From NCBI RefSeq assembly GCF_036321535.1, contig NC_087438.1:7938001-8002000 (forward strand): DNA of 64,000 nt. Reading direction: 5' to 3'. The notes under the pieces are model-generated. The model saw nothing but the letters and a program-made list of their open reading frames with translations, made no database searches and had not been told where the DNA came from. Shown here one piece after another: positions 27,911-41,739 of this stretch; position 1 is the stretch's first letter; each line of letters opens with the position of its first letter. The position numbers and the translations under genes are program-made. The stretch is from Camelus dromedarius (Eukaryota).

Positions 27911-28022
27911 AAAAGGCCACCCAGCCACCAAGGTTTCCAGACAAGTCTTCCATCAAGAACTGGGCCCTGTTTGACCTCAGTTCTGGTAAGGACCAACCCG
28001 CTTCCTCGTGGGGAGCCGTATC
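27911..28022 (-). pseudogene. Decayed 5S rRNA pseudogene
   Basis: Minus strand reads TACGGC..CCAC..GAGGTCAAACAGGG..AGTTCTTGATGGAAGAC..CTGGAAA..GGCCTTTT, colinear with 5S TACGGC..CCAC..GAAGCTAAGCAGGG..AGTACTTGGATGGGAGAC..CTGGGAA..GGCTTT. Confidence 0.6.
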
Positions 28023-30510
28023 TGCTGGAGTCTCTGTTCAGTGACCTCTGGGGACGGGGGAAGCACCTACTTGTTAATGTCACACAGGTGGTCACACTGA
28101 TGTCTGATCCCCACTGACGCTGGGGAGGAGAGGCCTCTGCCAGAGGAGCCCTCGGTCTCTTTGGCACCTGGGGAAAGTCACCAAGGCCAGGACAGGCCTC
28201 TGGAAGCTTCATGGGCACCACGACAGGCCAGGGTGATGAAGGAAAGGAGAGGGAAGGGCTAAAGGGAGCAGGAGATGGGGGCAGCGGGGCAGAGAGGGGC
28301 AGAGCAGAACGTAAAAGAAAGAGACGTAGGGGGCAGGGAGGGACAGTGTCACCAGTGTAACCTTTATGTGAAAAAGGCCACCAAGTCACCACTGTCTGGT
28401 GTCTCTAGATCCTTTTTTTTCTCTGCTCCTTTCTCCAAATTCCAAAAAGCCAAGACTCTGACTTCCCCTCCAGGAGTGCAGCCGCCGGGCTGATGGATAC
28501 CCCAGGGGAGTCAGACCCGCCGTCCTTAGCTGTAATTCTGTCCCAGCCTGTTAGCAATACAGCCTACTCATTATCTCCTCCGCCGAGGATGACTCATGGC
28601 CCTGTCGGCTGGAAGCACCGGCCTAATAACTCTCCAGTCTGCCTCTTCCACCCCCTTTCATGTGTGGAGGACCAAGCCTTCACAGAAGCAAAAAATGTAT
28701 ATAAATATATCAGGCCATTTTCTTCATTCATTCAGTTTTAGCTTCTGGCTTCGATGGAGCTCTGCGTGAATCGCATATCACATTCCTCCCGTGTCCATAA
28801 AGGTTGTGCTCCCTGAGAAGCCTTAGAGCCAACTCCTCCCCAAGACCCAGAACCCACCTCCCTCCTCCAACCAGGACTCCCGGCCCTGGTCACACTGGCT
28901 ACTCTTCCTCCCGCTGCCCCAATGGAATTTAAAAGCGACAAGACCACAGACCGTTTTGGAACCGGGTCTGTTGTGTACCGGCGTGATACAATCTCAAACC
29001 CATCTGTTGATGACTTAGGTGAAGCTATTTTAATGTCAAGATGCCATCATCTCGTCTGTTGTCCTTGATAAGCACTTAGAGGCGCCGGTGCCGAGGGGCC
29101 ACGCTGGGTGCTTACTGACAAGACCATGTGAAGAAGCAAATACAGCAAGTGGACATTTGGGCTATAAACACCGAGAGTTGGTGACGAATATCCCGAGGGT
29201 TTCGGTCTGGGCAGACCCACCCTTTGCGGATCTAGCTCTCTGAAGGTCTGGAGACACCTGCTCCCGCCATGGCTGGGCTGCCCTGGGCCGGCAGTAGTGT
29301 TGACACATGCAGCAGCCTCCGGAGGAGAAGGGACACTGCTCCTCTCCTGGCAATGCCCTCCCCGGAGGCAGGGGTCCCAGCCGTGCAGCGCCCCCTGGAG
29401 TGATAACCCTGGGAGCTGCCTGGCCTGCCGCCCACGCCGGGGCCTTTGTTCCCTAGCAACAGGCCTTAGCAACAAGGGACTTGGGTTTTGTGTTGGCAGC
29501 TGGAAGCAAGATCCCCCTTTGGTGAAGCTGGCTTTCCTGAGAAACCAAACTCATGTAAAAGGTCCACCTCAGCTTCATCTGGACTTTATTTCTGTCACCT
29601 CTCCTTGCCTGGAACAATAGTGTGGTCGCTCTGTCACTTGCTTGGACAATGTTACTTCTCTATTGGTTCATTAAGAGGCATCACTCTCTATGCTATTAGC
29701 TTGTGAAATTACTACAGCTCCCGCGGTGCACCTGCGTTAAATAAACAGCTGGCAAAGACGATTTCAGTCTCTGAGTATGATGTGCTGACCCTCCAGAATA
29801 AAACAAGGTCTAACAGCTCTGCTGGTTCAGGTCCCCGCCTTCCTTCCGTTTCTTTACGGGGACCTAACTGGCACCTGACATCAGCTGTTCTGACTCCTCG
29901 CGCTCCCTCATCTGCCTCTGGGCTCCTGGCCGCTTCTCCATGGGGTTGTCCTGGAAGGTTCCAGTCAGATCCCCTCCCCTCTCCCACGTCCCGAGAGTCT
30001 CTTGTTTCTCAGTCTTCTCCTTTACATCAGAGTCCTTCCAGATCGTCTGTGTCCTCTTACAACCTACCCGCGCTTCCCTCAGATCCAGCAGCCACCATTT
30101 TCATCCCACTTCCTCCATCACTCAGCTCACCACCAGCGGTGGCCTGAGCTGACCTCCCTTCCTTTTCTGGCTGCTTCTTAGAGGGGCGCGTTGCTGCATT
30201 TTCTGGGACAACCCCGCCCACTTCATTTATCCACTGATGGTCTCTTTCGTGCCTCTCCTGTTTCTTCATATCACCAGCTACCCTCTCCTTTGGCCACATA
30301 AGAGATTCCAAAATCTCCCTGAGTACTCCTTCTTGAAACAGGCTCCTTTCCAAACCACCCTGCCAAAAAGCAGGCCCCAGACTTCTCTTCCTTGAAGGCA
30401 AGGACCCTGGCCTGCACAGCAGACGCGGCCCATCCCTGTCACTCACCTCTCTGGTCTCACCTTCTAGCCCTCTCTCCCTACTTGGTTCTGGCCACACTCC
30501 TTGTTAGTCA

Positions 30511-30962
30511 TTACTGTGGGTTGAATTGTGCCCCCCAAAGGTACATTGAAATCCTAACCGCAGGTATCTCTGAAAGTCAGCTTACTTGCAAACAGGATCT
30601 TCACCGATATAATCTAATTATCATCAGGCCCACTCGGGTGGGCCCTCATCCAATACAGCGGGCATCCTACAAGAGGGGAAGAGACAGCGACAGAGACATG
30701 TCGGGAGAAAGGTATGTGGTGTCAGAGGGAGAAATCGGAGGGAGGCATCGATTAGCCAAGGGACACCAAGGGTTGAGGTCCACACTGGAAGCCAGGAAGA
30801 GGCCAGGAGTCATCCTACCAGAGTCTCGGAGGGAGCCTGGCCCTGCTGACACCTTGATCTGGGACTCTTGGCCTCTAGAACTGAGGAGAATCAATTGCAG
30901 TTGTTGTAAGCCACGTCCCATGTGTGGTGCTTTGTTTCCGCAGTCCTGGACACAAACGAGCA
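30511..30962 (+). mobile_element. MLT1B/C-like MaLR LTR
   Basis: Contains gggttgaattgtgccccccaaag...ccctgctgacaccttgatctgggactcttggcctctagaactgaggagaatcaattg. Confidence 0.85.
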
Positions 30963-30970
30963 CAGCCCTG

Positions 30971-31115
30971 CCTCGTGTGTCCTGTGCACGGGAGCTGAGC
31001 CTCGGACACTAACTCCATTCCTCGTGTGTCCTGTGCACGGGAGCTGAGCCTCGGACACTAACTCCATTCCTCATGTGTCCTGTGCACGGGAGCTGAGCCT
31101 CGGACACTAACTCCA
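30971..31115. repeat. 49-bp minisatellite, ~3 copies
   Basis: Unit cctcgtgtgtcctgtgcacgggagctgagcctcggacactaactccatt starts at 30971, 31020 and 31069. One CpG>CpA difference between copies. Confidence 0.95.
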
Positions 31116-31839
31116 CACTTCTCTCGCCCACTGCCTTCGGGGCCCGCTCAAACGCTGTTGCTCAGAGATGACTTTCCTGACTGTCGGATGTGAACTAGCA
31201 GTCGATTCCTGTCCCCACGCCCACCACTGTCTACCCTCATCAGGGTGCTAAGTTTTCCTTGTGGCCAGTATCACCATCTGACATACGACAGATCTAGGCC
31301 TTATCTGTTTACTGTCGCCTCCCCACCACTCATCTGGGTCGAGTTTGTTCACTGCTGTATCACTGGGCCAAGAACAGAGCCTGGACCTTAGAGCTGATCA
31401 ATGAATTTCTGTGGAATGAAAATACTCATTAGTCCCTGACGTCAATGTATTAAGCATGGGAACCTGTCTGTGTGCTCTTTTATGTGGGCACGTGCCCACA
31501 TAAAAGTTCTTTGAGTCTAACCTCCCCCAGGCAGTGGTTGAATCTACCTGTTTCAACAGTGGCTCAGCATGAAGCCACACACCGCAGGCTTTCAATGTGC
31601 ACTCGTGCTGATAATAGATTTCAACATGTGAATCACGAACAATACCAGGAAAGCAGAATACAGATACACATCCTGCCTATAACACTATGAGATCGGCTTT
31701 TCAATTAACTGTTAGGGAGAGAGTTCCTTAATTTATATTTTCCACATACACTAACAATAATCCACATTTCTTAACCCACTTACCCCGGCTGGCTGTCTAT
31801 GTGCATTCTCTCTGCGGTGGTCTGGATTCATTTGACAGC

Positions 31840-31950
31840 CTGGGAGACTGAGGCTCAGAGAGGTAGAGAAACTTGCCCAAGATCACACAGCTAGAAAGCA
31901 GGAGAGAGCTGGGGCTCAAAGGCAGGCAGCCTGGCCCCAAAGCCGTGATG
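31840..31950 (-). mobile_element. MIR SINE fragment
   Basis: gagactgaggctcagagaggtagagaaacttgcccaagatcacacagctag is the MIR core. Confidence 0.8.
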
Positions 31951-34900
31951 CTGGCTCAGGGGTGTACCATTTGCTGACATCCAGAAACTAGTAAGGGCTC
32001 TTTTTCAAAAAACTGTGGAACAATTTATGACGAAGGGAAGAGAAGAAATGATTCAAAAGTAATCAGCTGAAAAGATGGATAACACCTTCTCTTGAACTCT
32101 ATGAGGTAGAAAAAGCCAAGAATAAAACAGAAATTATGAAGCACTTTAAGTGTAGTAGACAGGAACAAGTCTGAATTTTTTTTTATAACCTATGAAATGC
32201 TATAAATCAGTCTGAATAAAATAAAAATCATGGGGGAGGGGGACAGTATGCATATTTTTATACACAGAAGTCAATTTCTATGTTCTAGTTAATGTCACTA
32301 AGGAAAGGTAATGCTATTGGGGAAGAAAACTAGTGTAAATGGTACACATTTACTGAAGCCATGTGGACATGATCACATACACGCCCCCTCCCCAAACACA
32401 CACAAACTCCAAAGGACTGATGTCCATAAGCCTAAGCCCTATTCCATCAAGTCTAAGGGAGTATGACTCAGGCTACATTTTTCTGGCAACTGCTAATTTA
32501 AAATTCAGTGTTCTCTTCACTGCAGGAAGCAGGAGGGTTTCTCTGACTCCACAAGGCTGAGTTTAACGCATTTTGTAAACACTCTCACAGGCTGGGGCTC
32601 TGCTTTTCCACGGAGCTTAGCACATGGTGTTAAACTGCCCTGTTTACATACTGCCTGTCCAGGGGGTTGTGGATTCCTTAGAGGTAGGAGCTGTATGTTA
32701 TTAATATTTGATTCTCCTCAGGCTGTCAATAAACTCTTCTTTCCCCTAGAACTGGAAATTTCATTTCTTTAAAACCAAGAAGTGTTTTATTGGAGACAGG
32801 GTGATGGCAATTGGGAAGATTTTTGTTGGAAGTTAGCAAAATAAAATCAGTGCTGATTTCCTAGAGAAATTGTTCTTATCTTCAAACTGTACCCATTTAC
32901 TGTATCGGATCTTCAAATGCTCTGGTTACGTATCTGATAGCTGAGGACAATTTTTCATATACACAGAGGCCTTCAGGCCAAAACCTAAAATAAATTAGTG
33001 GTGGCCCCCAGCCACTCACTCATCACAGGAATGTGACTGTAAGTCATTCTCACGTGTAAAAATAAAGTTTGAGTTTTGAAAAAGGCACACTATTTAAGTG
33101 AATAGTCTTATATTTAAAAAATAACATTTTAAAAATTATTTAAATTTTTAAAATTTAATTTTATTACATTAATGTAAATGTTTATTAAATTTAATTTACT
33201 AATTTATAATGAAATAAAGTACTTAAACAGTTTAAAATGTTAAAATATTCACTTCTTGTCAACTGAAAACATGTAAGTACTTTTTTTAATCTCTAGACAA
33301 CATATTGCTTTGAGCACCACCTTGTAGTGCCCCCGTGCACACACATGTCCCTGTTTGGGTCTGACTGTCCAGGGGTGAATGTGGGGTGCCCACCTCATGC
33401 CTATTCTGTGCATGAGAAGAAACGGGGGGAAACACAGGAGGGAGGAGCATAAATAACCCCAAATCATAACAACTCGTGAAAGACTCTTAGTATTATCCTC
33501 AAATCAATGAGAGGCTCATAATATTCCTAACTGAGGAGGAGTTCCTGGAAAGAACGAAAAAAGGATTTTTGAAAAAATATTTAAAAGTCAGCAACACTGC
33601 GGCACCTCCTCACCTACAGTACACACACACGAGCAGGTTTTCATGCCTAAAAACGACCTAGATTATCTAAAGCTCACTGCATTGTGACATTCCAGATAAT
33701 TTAGGAGACAGCGTGGATGGCAGACGTGGTTCCAATATTACTGACATCCATCCACGGCAATCACACGTCTGCCCTTTAAATCAGGGGGACCCCCCCCCAC
33801 ATATCAGCTACTCATCAGCCCAGGAAAATAAGCTGCAGTTGGTATGTTTGCTGCAACACCCAGACCCCTCCTAATGCTTTTTCCTTCCCCCATCCTCTCT
33901 GATTTGCCCTCAGCTGCTTTTCTTCGGATCTCGTCTCAGTCTGGCTCTGAACTCTTGTTTGCGTGATACCCTCCCATCCCAGTCTCTGGACACTTGCTGG
34001 TCCTCAAAGCATTCATAACTGAATGTCCTGCCCCCAGGGGACTGAAGGCTTCTCAGTCCCTGGCGGTTGCTGAATTGGCCACGTCCATCCCTCTCCCCTC
34101 AGCTCCACCTCCCTACTGGGCGGGAACCAGGGAACCAGCTCAAATCCAAGTTCACTAGACCAGGAGCAAAAGTTAGGGACCTGGCTTCCGTCTGCTGACT
34201 TACGGAAGCGCCTTCTCAACTCTGTACTTATAAGGTCCGGCATCATTTTGAACAAAACTGAATTTCTTGGCTTCATTATATGAAAACTACAAGGCACTGT
34301 AATAAGGAATGAGAAAGGCGTGATTTCTGACTCTCCACATATAGAAGATTTAATTCTGCCTTTTGCTCAATGGCCTATCCATTGTGTGGGCAAAGTCAAT
34401 ACCAATAATGCATCGTGGACTGAAGGGCTAAATCAATTCAATAAAACCCAAGAGAAAGACGAGAAGGCTGAGTAAATTTGGAAAGGCTGGAGCCTGCAAG
34501 ATTAGTATTTGGACAACAGGTAATTACAGAAATCAATGCCTATATATGAGAACACAACAGACAGCCATCCGTCGCAACGGGAGGGCCGTTACCGATGGCT
34601 TGGGCTTGGGCTAGGATGAGAGAAGAGAATGGGTCCGTGCAAAATGCCTGTTGGAGGTTACACGCCGGGGTGTGTGTGTGTGTGCGCTCCCTGTGTGCCT
34701 GCAGGAGAGAGGAAGGGAGCCTCCAGGCTCCCTCTGTATTTATTTAGGCCTTTCGCATTGCCCTGTTCCTTTGGCTAACTTTCACGAACTCTGATCCCAT
34801 TCCATCAACTGGATATCAGGCTGTGACCTACAGCGCCCTTTCCATCCACGTCCGCCATCCTAGCCTCCCAGGGACCGGGGAAACATTCTCATGAGGGCCT

Positions 34901-36179
34901 GCCAGTGTCTGGAGCAGAAGGACAACTTCCATCCGAGCCTCAGCTCTAAGGACCAGCTGTTGGGAGAATCTCCAAGCAGTGAGAGGTGATACAGGCAACC
35001 TTGGGGGCACCCACAGCAGAATTTAAAAATGACTCCACGTACACACACAGACATAAACATATATACATAGATAAAATAGTAACATAAGTGTCTTAACTGT
35101 GTTCCCGATCAAATGAAAACACGAACAAATGAATGTACCACCACTTAGCAGTGTGCAGACGTTAAGCCATCCGGTTCCTACAGAGACTACAGTGGACGGA
35201 TCAGCATCTCGTTTTAAAGATTAGAAAAGAGGCCTGAAGCACAATCAGCTTGTTCCAGGAGACACAGAGCGTGAACAGGGGAGCCACATGGGAGGCACCC
35301 CTCCAATGACCCTGATGTGTGTGCTGGTCCCCCTCCCTCACACCATCTCTTGTCTCCCACAGGGGACACTCCAAATGCGACCACACGAGTCCATAGCCAT
35401 GTGCTATGAAGAGGCTTCAAGGCCAGTCCCGGATCACGTAGACAGAGGCAGTTAGACCAGTGACTTTGAACCTGCCCTGGCCATGACGTCTGCACCACCT
35501 GACTACACGACGGCACTGTTTGATGTTTGGTTTCGGACAGCTTTTAAGCCTCACCCTCCAGCTCTCCCCTCTGTCCACATCTGAGCAAGTGGACAACAGA
35601 GCTCAGATGCCTCCTCCTTTGGCACCAGTAGGAGAGGAGGTTCAAACCACGCGAGTCCCTATCCTCACAGAAGAAGCTGACCCCGGCGCAGCACGTAACC
35701 ACTGCAAAATCCCGAGCCGTTCTGTCCTGTGCTCTCTGCCACGTGCAGTCCTGCGAGGGAGCCACTCTGCTCACTCCCAGAGCAGACTCACCTGCCTCTC
35801 CATCCATACCCTCCTGGGGCGTGGGGAGTGTCCTCAGTCTTGACATCAGGACCAAATTTTGGGCTGGGGTCCGTCCTGCTGTTGCCGGGGCACCATAACA
35901 CCTCTGAATGGACTTGAAGCCAGTAATGGAATGAAAAGCTCTCATGGCCTTTAGAGAAACCCTCAAAGTTGTCATCTTCAAAAAGTGATGGCATGTGTTC
36001 CCTTAATCAGGAATCTGTCCTTCATTTTGAGTGGCTGTTTTGTTTTCGACTAAAGGCAGAGAATGATTAAGATAACTGCCATTTGGGACAGGAGCCACGT
36101 AAATTTAATTTAATCTTAGATCATTTTAATAGTACTTTTTGACATTTTAAATTTATCTTAGATAGACAATTACTTCTTT

Positions 36180-37092
36180 GATCTCAGCCTTGGCATTACT
36201 GACATTTGAGACCAGATAATTCTTTGTTGTGGAGGCTGCCCTGCACATTACAGAACGTTTTTCAGTGTCCCTTGTAACCGAGCCCGACCCTATGGGGCCT
36301 TCCCAGGACAGACACTCCATGTTCTCCGCCTACCTCTTCTCTATAGAAAAACATATAAATTTGATCAATTTATAAATTTGATCAGAGAAATGAGAAGCTG
36401 TAGAAAGAAAGGGAAACAGTCAAGTAAGACAAAATAATAATAATTTAACGATTAAATAAAAGTCAAGGGCCTTTAGTTCTTCTTCAAGGGCTAGAGATAA
36501 TATTCTGAGTCATATCCTTTGAGCTGTTTTACAGACTCTGAAACCCCCACTGGGTGGAAGAAGTTAACTTCACGGTGACCAGACTGTAGCCATGACATAA
36601 GCTGCTCCATCTTGTACAATTCTGAGCCCTGGCCTCAAGGAAACGGGAATAATCTGACCTCAGAACTGAAGATGAACTGTACTTAAGACAATCAAGATGA
36701 CACGTGACCGATAATTTCAAGATTCTTGTTGGAACTGGCTGTGCTGTTCTGCAGGAGACCCTCCTCTGCCTGTACCCTGCTGAAACTCCCCTTTAAAGGC
36801 TCTTGGCCCCTGATGGGCAGTTGCGAGTTGGTTCTGGAACATGAGTCTGCCTTCTCCCCAGGCTGCCATCCTCCTGAATAAAGCAAACTTCCCTTTCCTA
36901 CCAACACCTGCCTCTCGAGTATTGTTTTTTGAGTGGCGAGCAGCCAAATCTGAGATTGGTAACACCTTGACTGCTGCCGACCAGATGCTAATGGCATCAC
37001 CACAGCCTTCTCCAGTTCTGACAACCAAAGATGTCTCCAGATGTTGTCAACTGTCCCTTGGGAAGCAAAATCACGTCTGGTTGAGAATCAGT
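36180..37092 (-). mobile_element. MER20 (hAT-Charlie) split by an LTR insertion
   Basis: MER20 halves at 36180-36272 (cttggcattactgacatttg..gataattctttgttgtgg) and 36965-37092 (gacaaccaaagatgtctccaga..ggttgagaatcagtg). Confidence 0.8.
36273..36964 (+). mobile_element. ERV1-type solo LTR (692 bp)
   Basis: TGTAAC...GTAACA termini, TSD ccct/cctt and AATAAA near 36876. Homologous to 44135-44797. Confidence 0.85.
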
Positions 37093-38062
37093 GCCCTGTG
37101 TTCATTCCACAAAGACTTTTCTGGTAAGAACAAGCATGGGTCAAGTCCTTTGTAGTTCCAGTGGAAGAGTGACAGAAAAAAAAAAAAAAGATGAAAAGCT
37201 GCTAGGCCGTACACATACCCCTGCAAGCAAGCAAAATCTATAATAAATTGCAATTATATCTTCAGATCTCTTCTTTCCACTCTTAAACTAATTTAGACTC
37301 ATCCTCAAAATTGCTTACATGCTATGGAGATGACTCTTTATAGCTTATAAAATCTTTTTTAAAAATTTGATTACTCAGCTGCTCACATGCAAATGCTTGT
37401 CCCTTGTCTAAGAAAATCAGAGTTAGCTATGCTGACCACTGTGATTTTCCAGAAATATCACACACCACAACTTATGCACTTTAAACTATTCCAAAAACAC
37501 AGAGCACGTTAACCATTGTTTACATGATGGACACAGACAATAACCTCCTTAATGGAACACATATATCTGTATTATATCCATTGGTACCTTTGTAAATGGC
37601 TCAGAATGCTTGGTTACAACACAAAGCTGGTTTACTGCCTAAAGTTCCCATTTGACCAATGAGTTTTCCAGGAAGATGATGCCATATACTGATGTAGTAA
37701 TCTTACTGCAATCTGAGGAGACAACAAAAGATGCTTTGTTCTTCTTTGGGATTTAGGAGCAGAGAAGACTCCAGAGATGGAATTAGGAAGAAAAAGACAA
37801 ATCACACCAAAAGTAGAGCTGCTGATAATCTTGTCTCTGTTGATACTAACATACATCCTTGATCCTCTATTCTCTCAGTATTCAAATAATAATGAAAAAG
37901 AAGAATGTATGCATAAGCATGCCAAATAATTAGATGAGAAGTGCTCTGCTCCAGTCCTAAGTATGGATCTAAATTTTGATACTGTAACTTTAATTTTCAC
38001 CTTTCTTTCCCCTTTTGACATCACTGTAGACACCTAAGCGATGATGACTCTGACACCAGTCA

Positions 38063-38332
<270 letters not shown>

Positions 38333-40989
38333 TTACTGTGGTTTTCCGACAGGCATACCAACTTACAAAAGGATTTGAAAAGATTCCCTTGAGTAAATGG
38401 TTTGTAAACATACATATGTGTATACATACGAATATAGGTATGTCCACGTATACATACATAATCTTAAATATATCAACTGAAGTTACATATTTATGAAGAT
38501 TGTGAAAAAAACAACTTAAAATGGCGCAAGCTTTTATTAATACAGACATTTTTCATGGGGCTTCAGTGGATTATTTATAAGTTCACATTTATTTTCCAAT
38601 GTATTATTTCTACAATCTTATTCAGGTATAGCATTTAGTTAAATTATCAGACAAGAGAAAATTTAGCGTGATGGGTCCAATCTAAAATGTCATGAAAGCA
38701 GTTAATGCCATCTTCATTATTTTTATGACTATGATTATTATTGTCATAGTCTCTTCTTTAAAAATAGGTTCCCCAAATGACTCTCTGGGGATGAAAGCAG
38801 AGTAACAAGAAGCCTTTATAAAAGAAAATTATACATTTAAAGAGTTAGGTTTATTTAAACAGTGTTAATAAATTTAATGCATTGTACATTCTTCTCCTGT
38901 ACCCTCCTGTTTACATCTGAGCTACTCCACGAAGCTGGTTGTTTATTTAACTTTAAGAAATATGCCATAGGGTACTTAAATCCACTCTAAAGCACCAAGT
39001 CAATTGTACCATTATGCAAATGAGCATTCTTCTATGAAATCAATCAGCTCAACCTGTCAGAGCACGGAGCTATCAGGGTCAGATGTATGGACTCCATTCC
39101 TGCAGCAGGGAGCCAATTTTTAACAAAGAAGTAAAAAAGCAACCTCTGAGACCACAGATAAAAACCTGACCCCGTGAGTCACATAAGTCACTATTTATCC
39201 GAAGGACAGGGTGGAAGAGAAACGAGACAGCTTAGCAACAACCACTCCACTCCAGCAAAAACAACTCAGAAGCATACATCCTATTGATGCCAGGCCAGTG
39301 CTGCCACCTGAGAAGAGGAGCCATGAAAAATGGGACAGAGACGGAGCAGACAAAGGTTAAAAGTTTCACCGTAGATTCTAACCTGTTCTCTTTATCTCTT
39401 CTTTATCACAACTGGTAGAGGTTGTCAAGCAAACCTTGAAGCATGCTGGTGCTTCCTTACAGCTACTGAAGGCAATATGGAATAGGATTCCTTCTGCACT
39501 GGCTTAGTTTTTATTGGAAAGATAATGCATTCGCTTGAATGTATGTTAAGTATCTAATAAATTTACATAAAATCTTAGGCAGGCACACATTTTCAGAAGG
39601 GCATATGGTACAGTAACACATTTGCTACAAAACATACTTAAGTGATTGCTGATAATGGACAAACTATTGAATATTTTTTGGCTAGATGATCATAGTAGAA
39701 AACACTTCTGGATGAAAACATAGGGAGCCCGTTTTTCTCTTTAATTTAATTTCCTTTCATTGCATGATTGTAAACCGCCTCAATGTGCAACATTCAGATA
39801 TCACAGTCCTTTTTCTTATAATAGCAGCCTCCTAAAATTATATTCTTTGTTCAAGTTAAATCAAAATCTATAGAATACCTATAAATTAAAATCAGAAGTG
39901 TCACCTAAAGACACTGGATGGCTGAGATGAATACAGGTAAGCCCATGCTACGGGAAGGTGATTAGTAAAGAATTCATTTAGCTTATTTTATTAACCAGAT
40001 GGTAATTGTTCTATTAGGCTTATACGGTATATATCAAGAACATCTTTTGAACAAGAGCCCTGGAGAAACAGTCTTAGGGACTCTCTGCACACAGGGATGC
40101 TCATGCGGATGCATGCACGCACACATGTGCACGTGAGAGCATGCGTGCCCAGGCACACACACACACAGCCTAAATTCAATAGAATGATGGACATTCCAAA
40201 GAGTCATGAGTCAGGGAGGAACCTAAGTTCGTCCCTCACTGGTTGTCAGCTTCCCCATGAGAACTCTGGGAAGCCAAAAGTCCCCTCCCTGCCACTACTC
40301 TCCTCCCAGACCTAGTTCCTGCTTTTACCCAGAAGACCACGCCAGCCACCTCTCACCTCACCTTTCTTCCTACGCAAGTCATCCAAATAAGCAAACGTGC
40401 AAACCGAATAGAGCCACTTTCCTGCTTAAACCCCTTCGCCAGTTTCCACTGTCCTTGGGATCAAGGTCTGGGAAGCGGGTGCTGCCTGGGAAAGGGGAGG
40501 GGCTGCCTGGGAGGAGGGAGGGGCCAGGGAGATGAAGCTGGAAAGCAAGGTTGGGGTGAGCTCCTGAAGGGCCTTTCACTGACACACAGAAAGTCTGGGC
40601 CTGGGCTGTGATCAGTATAATGACAAAGAATCTCAGGGACTTTAGACAGATTCAGGCTTCTAGAGCCTGCAGAAAAACAACCTTAAGCAATAGCATGAAT
40701 AAGAACTGGGAGTCAGCGGCCAAGCTTCCCGGGTCACATGCTTCAATGCTTTGATCTTTAACTAGCCTTATGGAGTTTCTCTTCACGTCACAGTCTCCAG
40801 CGATGTAGACTTAGAGATGTTCAGGAACTTAAGTGGTACAGAAGAAATAAAACTCCAGCTATCTGCTTTCGCATAGACAGATTTAACCACACAACAATGA
40901 TGCTTGCTGCAATCATTGCCTTGAAGCAATGTTTAAAACAGTGATTTTTTTAGACAATGTCTAAAAAATAACTATGTTTAAAACAGTGT

Positions 40990-41170
40990 CCCTGGGAGAT
41001 ATTTGACAATGCCTGAAGACATTTCTGGTTGTCACAACTGAAAGATGCTATTGGCATCCAGTGATCAGAGGCCAAGAATACTGTTCAACACCCTACAAAG
41101 CAGGGACCACCACCACAACAGAGAATTATCTGTTCTCAGATATAACTGGAGACAGGGTTAAGGCACCCTG
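40990..41170 (+). mobile_element. MER20 DNA transposon
   Basis: Contains gatatttgacaatgcctgaagacatttctggttgtcacaactg...caacagagaattatctg. Confidence 0.8.
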
Positions 41171-41739
41171 ATCTACCCATGTACTGTCTTTGATCACTTT
41201 TGTTAAGCAGGCCTGTTATAAATCTTTCACTCCCTGATGACTGTAGTAAAGTGGGCACAGGATTTGGCATCAGAATAATTAAGAAAGAGTTCGGAACGTG
41301 AACATCTGGCTTTCTCCCTTCCAGAGAATAAATAAATACAGGACGGTTTCTGAGTGCTTGCCGGTCTTGGTTTCCATGGATCAAATACAATACCATCTAT
41401 TTCATGGTATTATATTTTTAAATGACACCATAAAATAACATATATGAAAGTGCTTGGCAAACTATTAAGAACTATATATACGCACACACTTAGATACATA
41501 CTACAAACTGTTACTCTAAGACTGCTATAAGGAATATATATATTTTAAATTTATATAACACTATTTAATTTTTTAAAAATAACCTTCTACTGACGTGTAT
41601 TCAATTGGACACTATACGTATGTGAAGGAAAACAAGCGTAAGGAGAGACATTGTTTTCATTTGGAGTCTAAACTGGGCATTACCGTGTGCCATTTTGAAG
41701 TGATTTTTCCCCTTCCCCTTCCCAGGCAGGAGGCTAGGA

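Larger units (their letters stand above)
29770..31420 (+). mobile_element. Fragmented L2 interrupted by an MLT1 LTR and a minisatellite
   Basis: Pyrimidine-rich L2 motifs at 29770-30500, and an L2 3' end (gttcactgctgtatc...caatgaatttctgtggaatgaa) at ~31340-31420. Confidence 0.55.

Noticed and set aside
27700..28022. AmnSINE1 (5S-headed SINE, often exapted as an enhancer)
   Set aside because: Similarity runs to the 5S 3' end (GGCCTTTT), and I could not recognise a Deu-domain body downstream, so a 5S pseudogene fits better.
30392..31012. 206-aa ORF
   Set aside because: It lies across L2, an MLT1 LTR and the minisatellite; a chance open frame.
30971..31115. 49-bp repeats read as a CRISPR-like array
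   Set aside because: The units are head-to-tail with no unique spacers, in a mammalian intron; this is a simple minisatellite.
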